Positions 55,628-64,000 of a stretch of 64,000 nt of DNA are shown here, piece after piece. Made by a program: the position numbers and the translations under genes. Source of the DNA: Anaerolineae bacterium (GTDB lineage Bacteria > Chloroflexota > Anaerolineae > UBA1429); the NCBI GenBank assembly GCA_050949345.1, contig JBMNFN010000001.1:1218931-1282930 (forward strand), read 5' to 3'. The notes under the pieces were generated by a model. It saw nothing but the letters and a program-made list of their open reading frames with translations. It was not told the origin of the DNA and made no database searches. How positions within the stretch are numbered: the first letter of the stretch is position 1; the number at the start of each line of letters is the position of its first letter.

Positions 55628-57310
55628 TTACTCCTTCCCATCGATCGTTCGTTGTGAGGCAGGCGCATGCCTGCGCCTGCGCCAGGCGCGACTGCCTGCC
55701 CCAAACAGGCCCGCTGCGCAGAGCAGCGCCGCACCGGCTGCCCCCACCCTGACAGCGGCATCCCAACCTTGCCCGTTCGAGCCGGCGCCACTGAAGGATG
55801 CCTCTGCCACCGGAATCATCAAGTTGTCGACCGGCACATAATCGTCCGTGAGAATGACCGGCTCTTCCTCGCCAAGGTATTGCTCCAGAACCGGCTCCGC
55901 CAGCGCCCCATCGCCCTGAGGCAGACCGGAGAGTGCGATGGGTCGCTGACTGCAGGCCACCACCCATGTAGTACGGGTGCTGGTTCGCCATCCACTGGTG
56001 GAAGGGATCACCACCACGTGCGCAAACACCTGCTGCAAGGTGCGCACAAAAGCCCGCATAAAGTGCCCTTCCGTCCCCGCATCGATGATATTGGCGAGGT
56101 AAACCCCGTCCTCACGCAGAACACGATCGATCAATTGCGCAAATTCCAGCGTGGTGAGGTGGTAAGGTACGGAATAGTCGTTAAAGGCATCCCCAAACAC
56201 AACGTCGTAAGTATCAGGTTGCGCATCCGCCACCAGATACCGGCGCGCATCCTGATTGTGCGTCTCGATGGCAGTGTCCTCGGGCAGGCCCAGCCAGCGG
56301 TGGGCCGCCCAGGTGACGCCCGGATCGATCTCGGTCACGACGATGTGGCTTTCGGGATGCACGGCCTGGAGATAGCGCGGAAAGGTGTATCCCCCGCCGC
56401 CAATAAAAAAGGCCTCCAGAGAAGTGCTCTTCTGGAGGACCGGTGCCAGCAGGCCTGCGTAGGTGCGCTCATAGCCATAGGCAAGAAAGGTGGGGTCATC
56501 AAGGTCAGTGTAACTGTGCACCAGTCGATCCAGCAAGAGCTCGCGAACCCGATGACCTTCCTTTTCGTCCTCATGAATATTGATGCAGAAATAATCTGTC
56601 TCGCGCATACAGTCGGCCTGCAGGTAGCCGGCGCTGCTCAGCAGGCCCAGCGCCACGCCGTACACGGCCAGTAAAAGCACCACGCGCCAGAGCGCCTGCC
56701 GCCAGGGGACCGTGGTCAGAAACCATACGCTCAGCACACACAAAAGCGCCGACACACCGATAATGGTGCTCTTGGTGCCAAAACGCGAGATGAGATAAAA
56801 GCCAGTGAGAAAGGTGCCGAGAATGCTGCCCGCCGAAGACCAGGCATAGATCTTGCCGACCGTGGTGCCCGCCCTTTGCAGATCCTGCAGACTGAGCTTG
56901 ACCACGATGGGAGACACACAACCCAGGATGACGCTGGGGAGGAGAAAGAGGATGGCAATGTAGAGCACAATCCAGACCAGCAGCGGCATGGGAAAGGGCG
57001 CCTGTAGCCCGTGCACCCTCCCTCCGAGCCAGAGAGGCAGCAAGGTGGTCACCGCCGCCAGGCCCAGCACCAAGCCCAGCAGTGTGGTCGACCCGTAGCG
57101 GTCCGCCAGGCGACCGCCAAGGTAGTTACCCAGAGAGATGCCCGCCAGAATTACGCCGATGACAGAGGTCCAGGTGTATAGTGAGACTCCGAGAGTGGGT
57201 GCAATCAAACGGCTGGCAACGAGCTCGATAACCATGATGCAGGCGCTGCTCACCAGCACCAACAGGTAAGGGTTCCACAGGCGTCTCTGCAGGCTCACTT
57301 GGCCTCCCAA
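55628..57310 (-). CDS. Fused membrane-domain / spermidine-synthase-like (PABS family) aminopropyltransferase
   Basis: N-terminal ~230 aa with 7-8 TM helices, then a PABS catalytic domain ([11 protein letters not shown]... [19 protein letters not shown]). The TTG start lies 2 nt from the cysK start. Confidence 0.7.
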   Translation of the reverse strand: MGGQVSLQRRLWNPYLLVLVSSACIMVIELVASRLIAPTLGVSLYTWTSVIGVILAGISLGNYLGGRLADRYGSTTLLGLVLGLAAVTTLLPLWLGGRVHGLQAPFPMPLLVWIVLYIAILFLLPSVILGCVSPIVVKLSLQDLQRAGTTVGKIYAWSSAGSILGTFLTGFYLISRFGTKSTIIGVSALLCVLSVWFLTTVPWRQALWRVVLLLAVYGVALGLLSSAGYLQADCMRETDYFCINIHEDEKEGHRVRELLLDRLVHSYTDLDDPTFLAYGYERTYAGLLAPVLQKSTSLEAFFIGGGGYTFPRYLQAVHPESHIVVTEIDPGVTWAAHRWLGLPEDTAIETHNQDARRYLVADAQPDTYDVVFGDAFNDYSVPYHLTTLEFAQLIDRVLREDGVYLANIIDAGTEGHFMRAFVRTLQQVFAHVVVIPSTSGWRTSTRTTWVVACSQRPIALSGLPQGDGALAEPVLEQYLGEEEPVILTDDYVPVDNLMIPVAEASFSGAGSNGQGWDAAVRVGAAGAALLCAAGLFGAGSRAWRRRRHAPASQRTIDGKE

Positions 57311-57366
57311 TCCATGGCGGCTTGAACGGATGTACCGGCGCGCAGCTCCAGAGACGGCAGAGACGG

Positions 57367-58524
57367 CTACGGTTGGCCGTACCGGGCATCATTCTCCAGA
57401 TGCTCTTCATAGGTCTCGGCAAACACGTGCGAACCATCGGGCTTGGCCAAAAAGTACAGATACCTGGTATCCGCGGGAGAAAGCACTGCCTCGATAGAGG
57501 CCAGGCCAGGATTGCAGATCGGTCCCGGCGGCAAACCCGGATTCAGGTACGTGTTGTAGGGCGAGACCACACTGTTGAGATCATCCCGCAGCAACTGCGG
57601 CCAGCAGTCCCCCGTCTCCTGGTTACACCCAATGGCATATTGCACAGTGGGGTCCGCCTGCAGGGGCATATCGATGGCCAGACGATTCAGAAAAACGCTG
57701 GCGATGACGGGCCGCTCCTCGGGGATCATGGCCTCACGCTCCACGATAGAGGCCAGCACCACCACCTGGTAGACCGACATGCCTGCCTGCTCCGCCTTGA
57801 GACGCAAATCCTCGGAAAAGCGCCAGTCAAAGTTGCGCAGCATGATCTGCACGACGTCTTCCGCCGAGGTATTGGCAACGAATTGGTAAGTATCTGGAAA
57901 GAGGAAACCCTCCAGACCCACCGGTGCATTTTCCGGACGTGCCTCAAGAAAAGGCCAATACACATAGGCATCGCTACTGGTAGCCATGGCAAGGAAAGAA
58001 GCCGCATCGGTGATGCCGCCCGCCTCCAGCGCCTTGGCCACCTGCTCCATACGCCAGCCCTCCAGAATCGACACCGTCTCGCTGGGGAGCAGACCTCGCT
58101 GGAGCTTTTCCATGATCTGCTCCATGGTCATGCTGCGCGCAAGCATGTAGGTGCCCACTTGGATATCGCTGTCGGCGCCATGGTATTGCACCATGCGACG
58201 AAAGACCTCTGCGTCCGCGATGAGGTTCATCTCTTCCAGCTTGAGCGAGACACTGGTGAGGGACTCGCCGGGCTCGATCACGAACAACAGTTGCTCGTCG
58301 TCAGAGGGGTCTACGGGCTCGGCCGCTACATCACCCTGTGCCTTCAGGTACAGCCCCAACAAGGCACGTTCGATGCCGTCCGCCGTGATTTTATAGTCGT
58401 GCACACTACGCTCATTGGCCGAGCGGCGCACGTACATGAAACTCGCCCCCAGAATGGCCACAACGACCACCAGCGTCAGTACGGTGGTCAAGGCCAACAG
58501 GATCGTCCGAAATGCCCGCGCCAT
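57367..58524 (-). CDS. mltG: Endolytic murein transglycosylase MltG (YceG-like)
   Basis: N-terminal TM anchor and YceG domain (LLFVIEPGESL..., GLPPGPICNPG). A TGATG overlap links it to ruvX. Confidence 0.85.
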   Translation of the reverse strand: MARAFRTILLALTTVLTLVVVVAILGASFMYVRRSANERSVHDYKITADGIERALLGLYLKAQGDVAAEPVDPSDDEQLLFVIEPGESLTSVSLKLEEMNLIADAEVFRRMVQYHGADSDIQVGTYMLARSMTMEQIMEKLQRGLLPSETVSILEGWRMEQVAKALEAGGITDAASFLAMATSSDAYVYWPFLEARPENAPVGLEGFLFPDTYQFVANTSAEDVVQIMLRNFDWRFSEDLRLKAEQAGMSVYQVVVLASIVEREAMIPEERPVIASVFLNRLAIDMPLQADPTVQYAIGCNQETGDCWPQLLRDDLNSVVSPYNTYLNPGLPPGPICNPGLASIEAVLSPADTRYLYFLAKPDGSHVFAETYEEHLENDARYGQP

Positions 58525-58949
58525 CAGCGTGCGTCCTCCCTGTGATCGCTCAGATAGTCCTGCAGAATCACAGCGGCAGCCCAGGCATCGACACCCAGAG
58601 CATCCCTGCCCCTGCGAGAGTGGTCCTGCTCCATGAGATCTCGGGCCTCTGCGGTAGTGTACCGTTCATCAACCAGGTCAACGGGAAGCTGAATGTGCTG
58701 CGCCAGGCCCCGCAGATAGGCGCGCGTTGAGAGTGCTTGCTTGCCCTCCTCACCAGAGGGCAACAATGGCAGCCCGACGACGATGCCGGTGACCTGTTCC
58801 CGCAGAACGATCTCTTGTAACTGTCGATAGCTGGCCGAGCCCGCCACACGCGGGATCACCCCATACGGGCGAGCCATTATGCCCAAGGCGTCGCTCAGCG
58901 CCACTCCGATCCGCTCATCCCCTACATCGAGCGCCATCAGGCGACTCAT
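58524..58949 (-). CDS. ruvX: Holliday-junction resolvase-like nuclease RuvX (YqgF)
   Basis: 141 aa. RNase H-like RuvX motifs (LMALDVGDERIGVALSD, LPLLPSGEEG). Confidence 0.85.
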   Translation of the reverse strand: MSRLMALDVGDERIGVALSDALGIMARPYGVIPRVAGSASYRQLQEIVLREQVTGIVVGLPLLPSGEEGKQALSTRAYLRGLAQHIQLPVDLVDERYTTAEARDLMEQDHSRRGRDALGVDAWAAAVILQDYLSDHREDAR

Positions 58950-60451
58950 GGCTGTGAGGAGAGCGTGATGGAAAAGCGGTCATCGAGCAGCGGAAGGCGT
59001 TGCCAACCTTCGGGCGTCACGGTGACACGGGGCGCCGAGACCAGATTCAGATTCTGATGCAACCAGTCAATTGCCTGCTCGATGGTGCGCCCACGGGTGG
59101 CGTCGCGTACCCATCCATAGTCCAGCGCCGGCACCACCTCGGCACGGGCGCCCAAGTCAAACTCCAGCCAACTTTCATCCATACGCGAGTCGCCCAGCTG
59201 CTCCACCGAAAGGCTGTCCCCGATGATCTCTACGTCACCGCCGGCAGCCTCGTGGATGCGAGCCTCTGCCAGGCGTCGCAGATGGTACTGGTTGACGGCA
59301 GACCCACGCACCACCAGCCGCATCCGACCAGAAAGAACGTCACTGCGCTGCAAAGGGGCCTGATCGTACTGCATTGACATGATCTCTACAGTAAGCGTTG
59401 AGGGCGGCACAAACTCGTCGGCGGATAGTTGCGACACGAGCTCGTCATAGGCTGCCTTTTGCAGCTGCTCTACCAGCATCGCTTGCAGCTGGTCCAAGTC
59501 AGGATAAGCAATAATGGGCACGCGACGGCTGCCACCGCCGCCGATGCTGCCGTCGTTACTGACTTCGACCTGGCTGGCGAGGGTTCCCTCCACCCGAGTG
59601 AGGGTATTGGCACCGGCCATGGCATAGCCCGGCTCTACCGCCTGCACTGGCGCCCGCGCTGTGGCTGATGGACCGGCCGGCAGGTTGACCTCTGAGGTAG
59701 TGCGAAAACGCATGGCATCGCCGCTGCCCGAGCGAACCACAGTTCCCTCGGGTATGGTGATGGCATCGGCAGTGCGGTTGGTAAAGACCACCTCACCGCT
59801 GGCATATCCCTCTGCAACGTCCGTAGTGCCCGTTGCGGGCGTCTCTGCCGAGCCTTCCACAATCACCTGGACACTGCGCAACGGCACCAGGCCGAGCTCG
59901 GCATCGATGGCATCGTATCGCGGGTTGGCCTGCACCGTAAACCGGACTTGCTCCGTTGTAGAGACAGGCGAGAGTACCAGCTCTGCGCTGGGCAGAAAAA
60001 CAGCCACGACGCCAACCATCACAGCAAGAAGCAAAGCAATAAAGCCCAGCCCCACCAGGACGGTCCAGAGGTTAAAGCGGGCGGGAACGCGCTGATCGCG
60101 ACGGCCCAGAGGCTCCTCCAGGGGCTGCACCCTGCGCCCCAGATCTGAACTCCTGGTAATCTCGGTCGACTCGAGTTTGCGCACCGCAGCGGGAAGCGAG
60201 CTCCTCACGGGAATGCCAGCCGTTCGCGCCAAAGTGCGGGCCTGGCCATCGCGAGAGACCAGTCGCAGCTCGAGCCCCTCGTCGGCGGCAATGCTCGCCA
60301 GGCGCTTGAGTCCGAACAATTGGCGCGCCAGCGGTGTCCTCCAGGGCAGGACCATCCACACTTGAGCACTCGTGCGGGCACGCCGCAGCAGCTCACAGGC
60401 GGTATCGATGGTATCCTGACGCGTCAAAAAGATCACATCGGTTGGGCGCAA
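58946..60451 (-). CDS. Bitopic membrane protein of unknown function (about 130-aa cytoplasmic domain, one TM, about 350-aa extracytoplasmic domain)
   Basis: TM helix LWTVLVGLGFIALLLAVMVGVVAVFL at about residues 135-160. There is no catalytic motif. A 4-nt overlap links it to ruvX, and it lies directly downstream of the FtsA/PilM-like gene. Confidence 0.6.
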   Translation of the reverse strand: MRPTDVIFLTRQDTIDTACELLRRARTSAQVWMVLPWRTPLARQLFGLKRLASIAADEGLELRLVSRDGQARTLARTAGIPVRSSLPAAVRKLESTEITRSSDLGRRVQPLEEPLGRRDQRVPARFNLWTVLVGLGFIALLLAVMVGVVAVFLPSAELVLSPVSTTEQVRFTVQANPRYDAIDAELGLVPLRSVQVIVEGSAETPATGTTDVAEGYASGEVVFTNRTADAITIPEGTVVRSGSGDAMRFRTTSEVNLPAGPSATARAPVQAVEPGYAMAGANTLTRVEGTLASQVEVSNDGSIGGGGSRRVPIIAYPDLDQLQAMLVEQLQKAAYDELVSQLSADEFVPPSTLTVEIMSMQYDQAPLQRSDVLSGRMRLVVRGSAVNQYHLRRLAEARIHEAAGGDVEIIGDSLSVEQLGDSRMDESWLEFDLGARAEVVPALDYGWVRDATRGRTIEQAIDWLHQNLNLVSAPRVTVTPEGWQRLPLLDDRFSITLSSQP

Positions 60452-60472
60452 AGAATTTCCTCCAGGCGAGGG

Positions 60473-61780
60473 TCACCCGCGTGCCGCAGGCCGCGCACGC
60501 ACGATGTCACACAACAGGCGATCAAGGACATAGGCAGGGGCATACAGACGCGCCACATAGTGCACCATGGATCGCAAAAGCAGAAAGGCAGGTCCGTTGG
60601 CCTGTCCGGTGCTATCCAGCACCGCACTGACACCATTCGGATCCAAGGCATCCACTTTGGGGCATCGCGCACAGCCCAAGCGCTGCTCCCAGAATGGCGT
60701 GGCCAGCGCGGGCGTAATCTCCGGAACCAGCCCCGTGGCGTCGTGAGAATACACACGAAAGGGCAAATGACTGCTGGGTGCCACCGCCGACACCTGGTCC
60801 GCCAGTCGTCCCATCCATTGCCGCAGCGCCCTCCAATAATTGGCAGAGAGGCGCTGGTCGACATCCTCACGAAGCTGTCCGCTGCGAAATGCCCGCATCA
60901 ACGCTTCCGTCTGATTGTCAGGCACGTCCAGGCCTTCGAGGGTCCCCGCCAGCAGCGACTCGGCACCATGGGGGATCGAGGCCACCCATTCCACTCTTCC
61001 ACGGCGCACCTGATCGACCGTGGTGATGCTCGAGTCCACCACCACCAGCAGAGAGGCGGCGTCGGCCAGCGGCGACGCGAGCACAACGTGATGGGGGACG
61101 ATTCCGCCGAGGTCGAGCCCCAGGCGTTGGGCGATCAGCTGCAGCGATCGGATCCACTCGGCAGGGGCCAGAGAGAAACAGATGTTCAACTGTACCAGGT
61201 CACCGGTCATGCCCACGGGATCGCTCACCTGCTGGCCATCAACGGTGATCAACGCCAGCGTTCCGGCGATGATATCTTCCCGGCTGCCTCTGGACCTCAC
61301 ATCGAGACGATCCTGGGCCTTGCGATAGCCACGGCGCAGCAGCGTCTGCATTTCGTCCAACGAAATGGGACGTCGCGAGTGTCGCCTGCGCGTCTCATCC
61401 ACAATCGAGAGACTGCGGGTCACGCCGGACGGGATGGTCATGGTTACATAGTCAGGCACAATCTTGCGGCCAGCGGGCCGCGAGGTCATGTCCTCAGCCT
61501 GAGCCAGGGCCACATCACAGGCTCGATACCAGCGGTCAGGATCGGGATGAGAGCCATAGCCACTGGCCTGCACAGGGGCCGCAGCCAGACCGAGAATCTC
61601 CCCGGTGCCCCCCGAGAGACGCAAGACCGCCGTGCGCACATGGCCCGCCTCCCACGTTACCACTGTGTGGTGTGACGTGGGCGCTGGACCCGCAGCCTTC
61701 AGGTTGAGCCTGCCCAACAGCGCCATTGCCTTCCTCAACAGTGCCATGCCCGGCACCCGTCGGAATCGACGGTTCATCAC
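60473..61780 (-). CDS. Actin-fold ATPase of the FtsA/PilM family
   Basis: 435 aa. An Asp-containing phosphate-1 strand follows the N-terminus. The DPVGMTGDLVQLNICFSLAPAEWIRSLQLIAQRLGL and LLVVVDSSITTVDQV blocks align with FtsA DPLGMSGVRLEV... and ALIDIGGGTTDIAVF. Its start overlaps the alaS stop by 4 nt. Confidence 0.6.
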   Translation of the reverse strand: MMNRRFRRVPGMALLRKAMALLGRLNLKAAGPAPTSHHTVVTWEAGHVRTAVLRLSGGTGEILGLAAAPVQASGYGSHPDPDRWYRACDVALAQAEDMTSRPAGRKIVPDYVTMTIPSGVTRSLSIVDETRRRHSRRPISLDEMQTLLRRGYRKAQDRLDVRSRGSREDIIAGTLALITVDGQQVSDPVGMTGDLVQLNICFSLAPAEWIRSLQLIAQRLGLDLGGIVPHHVVLASPLADAASLLVVVDSSITTVDQVRRGRVEWVASIPHGAESLLAGTLEGLDVPDNQTEALMRAFRSGQLREDVDQRLSANYWRALRQWMGRLADQVSAVAPSSHLPFRVYSHDATGLVPEITPALATPFWEQRLGCARCPKVDALDPNGVSAVLDSTGQANGPAFLLLRSMVHYVARLYAPAYVLDRLLCDIVRARPAARG

Positions 61781-64000
61781 TTTTCCAGGGCGCTTGCCAC
61801 CAGCTGGTACACCGACTCCAGGGCCTCGGGAAGGCGTTCCGGATCCTTGCCTCCCGCCTGAGCGATGTCCGCTCGCCCGCCTCCCCCACCACCCATGAGG
61901 CGCGCAGCAGGGCCCGCAATTCTGGCAGCGCTCAAGCCTCTGGCTACTACGTCCGGTGTGAGCGCCACCAACAGCATCGGGCGTCCATTCACCACCGCCC
62001 CCAGCGCGACGACGGCGCTGCCCAATCGGTCCCGCAGCTTGTCCGCTACGCCACGCAGGGCATCCATGTCGTGGGCTGACACCTGCGCCGCCAGGGTGGC
62101 GACGCCCTGAACCATCCGCGCCTGCTCAACGAGGGCATCCGTTTCACCCGCGGCCAGGCGCTCCTCGAGCGCATGCACCACACGCCGCTGCTCTCGCAGC
62201 TGTGCCGCCAATGCCTCGGCACGCCCCAACAGGTTGTCTGGGCGTTCGTCCAGCACAATGGCCAGCTTGTTGAGCAGAGACGTTTGCTCGCGGCGAAAGC
62301 GATCGGCGCCACGACCAGTTACGGCCTCGATGCGACGCAGACCTGAACCTACGCTGGACTCGCCAGTGATCACGAACGAGCCTATCTCGCCGGTTGCGCG
62401 CAAGTGAGTGCCCCCGCAGAGCTCGCTGCTAAAGCCCTCCACATTCACCACGCGCACCCTGTCGCCATATTTTTCGCCAAACAGGGCGATTGCGCCGGTG
62501 TGGCGCGCATCGTCAAAGTCCATCACCTGCGTGTTCACCGCTCGGTTGTTACGAATCTGCTCGTTGACGATCTGCTCGACCTGCTGCAGCTCCTGATCGG
62601 TCACCGCTGCGAGGTGCGTGAAATCAAACCGCAGCCCCTCCGCCGATACCAGAGAGCCGGACTGAGCGGCATGTTCCCCAAGGACCACGCGGAGCGCCCG
62701 ATGCAGCAGGTGGGTAGCGGTGTGGTTGCGCGCTACGTCCAGCCGACGCGCCCGCTCCACCTGAGCCCTGACCGCATCGCCTACCGACAACGTTCCAGAG
62801 GTGACCGTTACCTGATGCACGATGAGGTCGCCTGCCGGGCGCGTGGTGTTGGTGACCACAGCGCGCAGCTCGTCACCGCTCAGCTCGCCCAAGTCGCCTA
62901 CCTGACCGCCGCCCTCGCCGTAAAAGGGCGTCCGGTCCAACACTACCTCGACGGACATGCCGGCATCGGCAGAGCGCAGCGCTTCACCATTGTGAGCAAT
63001 AGCGAGTACTTGACCGGTGGCCTCAAGCGTCTCATAGCCAAGGAACTCGGTCGCAGGCAGCCCAAGGTTGACAAGCACCTGCGCCCTGTCGCCATGGGCC
63101 TGGTGCGCATCGCGAGCGCGCTGCCGCTGCTCTTCCATGGCCGTACGGAATCCGGGCTCGTCCACCTCGAGACCCATCTCGCGTGCAGCATCCTTGCTCA
63201 TCTCGAGCGGAAAACCGTAGGTATCGTACAGACGAAACAGTTCGATGCCGGGCACGACCTTTTCATGGCGTTGGGCCATCTGCTCGGCGACCTCACCGAG
63301 GCGAGCCAGTCCCTGATCCAGCGTCGCCAGAAAGCGCTCTTCCTCACGAGTGATGGCCTCGCAGATAAAGTCCCGCCGCTCCACCAGCTCATGATAATGC
63401 TCGCCCATGGTGTCGATCACGACCGAAGCGGTCTGTGCCAGGAAGGGGGCGCGGAACCCGAGGAACCAGCCAAAGCGGGCGGCACGTCTGAGCACCATGC
63501 GCGCCACGTAGGAGCGCCCCTCGTTGCCGGGCAAGACGCCATCAGCGATGAGAAAGGCAATGGCGCGGCTGTGATCTGCGATCACCCGATAGGCCGTGAG
63601 GTTCGCCAGGCGCGTCGCATCGTCGTGCCCCAGCAACTCCTGGGTACGGCGCATGATGGGCACAAAGAGATCCGTGTCGTAATTGTTGTCCGTTCCCTGC
63701 AGGAGCGAAGCAATGCGCTCGAAACCGGCGCCGGTGTCGACACCCGGCTTGGGCAGCGGCACCATGGACCCATCTTCCCGCTTTTCAAACTGCATGAAAA
63801 CCAGGTTCCAGATCTCAAGCCAGCGATCGCAATCGCTCGCCGGGCCACAATCCGGTTGATGACAGGAACAAGCCTCGGGTCCGCGATCGTACAGCACTTC
63901 AGAGTTGGGGCCGCATGGGCCGGTATCGCCCATCTCCCAGAAGTTGGTCGCTGCACCAAGGCGGGTGATCCTGCCGGGTTCGGTGCCGACATACTTTTCC
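61777..64000 (-). CDS. alaS: Alanyl-tRNA synthetase. The N-terminal end lies beyond the window.
   Basis: The frame is open to the window edge. FWEMGDTGPCGP is the class II motif 3 region, followed by the tRNA-binding domain, the editing domain (HTATHLLHRAL, CGGTHL) and C-Ala. The true start is upstream of 64000. Confidence 0.9.
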   Translation of the reverse strand, partial: EKYVGTEPGRITRLGAATNFWEMGDTGPCGPNSEVLYDRGPEACSCHQPDCGPASDCDRWLEIWNLVFMQFEKREDGSMVPLPKPGVDTGAGFERIASLLQGTDNNYDTDLFVPIMRRTQELLGHDDATRLANLTAYRVIADHSRAIAFLIADGVLPGNEGRSYVARMVLRRAARFGWFLGFRAPFLAQTASVVIDTMGEHYHELVERRDFICEAITREEERFLATLDQGLARLGEVAEQMAQRHEKVVPGIELFRLYDTYGFPLEMSKDAAREMGLEVDEPGFRTAMEEQRQRARDAHQAHGDRAQVLVNLGLPATEFLGYETLEATGQVLAIAHNGEALRSADAGMSVEVVLDRTPFYGEGGGQVGDLGELSGDELRAVVTNTTRPAGDLIVHQVTVTSGTLSVGDAVRAQVERARRLDVARNHTATHLLHRALRVVLGEHAAQSGSLVSAEGLRFDFTHLAAVTDQELQQVEQIVNEQIRNNRAVNTQVMDFDDARHTGAIALFGEKYGDRVRVVNVEGFSSELCGGTHLRATGEIGSFVITGESSVGSGLRRIEAVTGRGADRFRREQTSLLNKLAIVLDERPDNLLGRAEALAAQLREQRRVVHALEERLAAGETDALVEQARMVQGVATLAAQVSAHDMDALRGVADKLRDRLGSAVVALGAVVNGRPMLLVALTPDVVARGLSAARIAGPAARLMGGGGGGRADIAQAGGKDPERLPEALESVYQLVASALEK

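Noticed and set aside
1-64000. Search for CRISPR arrays, IS elements, integrases, phage genes or toxin-antitoxin pairs.
   Set aside because: There are no direct-repeat/spacer arrays, no transposase or integrase-like ORFs, and no compositional discontinuity. The only tRNA (Val) has no adjacent integrase. I conclude the window is core chromosome, not a mobile island.

Overview
High-GC (~65%) bacterial chromosomal segment. The gene content and synteny are those of a monoderm-type organism: yceD-rpmF, asp23-nusB, alaS..ruvX-mltG, YfhO, YtxH/DUF948, TatAC only. Chloroflexota/Thermomicrobia-like is my inference, not a database result.

The window is densely coding on both strands (about 59 CDS plus one tRNA) and is mostly core housekeeping:
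- Translation and replication: aspS-rnc, smc, scpB, polA-argS, tRNA-Val(TAC), alaS (runs off the window end), rpmF, nusB.
- Mo/W cofactor block: mogA-moeA-moeA-moaA-moaC-MOSC, followed by a convergent tungstate/molybdate-type ABC transporter (tupBCA).
- Mannoside utilisation: GH2 beta-mannosidase, class I phosphomannose isomerase, a TIM-barrel sugar-phosphate isomerase, and Zn-ADH / Gfo-Idh-MocA dehydrogenases.
- Other: a GH42 beta-galactosidase; a phosphonate-type ABC transporter (phnDCE); cysK; tatA/B-tatC; bcp; a site-2 protease.

I found no CRISPR array, transposase, integrase, rRNA or recognisable transcription-factor gene. Base composition is uniform, with no obvious island.

The stretches the ordinary annotation does not explain, and which I rank as the best candidates for an undescribed system:
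1. An FtsA/PilM-like actin-fold ATPase plus a large bitopic membrane protein, inserted into the otherwise conserved alaS-ruvX-mltG block.
2. A tightly overlapping two-gene cassette of unrecognisable proteins (569 aa and 141 aa with Cys motifs) immediately downstream of tRNA-Val.
3. A divergent three-gene module (DapB-N-like NAD(P) oxidoreductase / xylose-isomerase-like TIM barrel / PK_C-like protein) sharing a control region with phnDCE.
4. A small unknown protein translationally coupled to an ArsA-HSP20 (Get3-like) ATPase.
5. Two long structured 5' leaders, upstream of the tup transporter and upstream of the Moco operon. Both carry near-consensus sigma70-type promoters; the tup leader also has a 7-bp inverted-repeat operator across its -10. 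Both are candidate Moco/Wco-type riboswitches that need a covariance-model scan.

Many starts were re-called downstream of the ORF-track start, because the track reports the longest alternative-start ORF. Derived promoter and terminator coordinates are read by eye and could be off by 1-2 nt.
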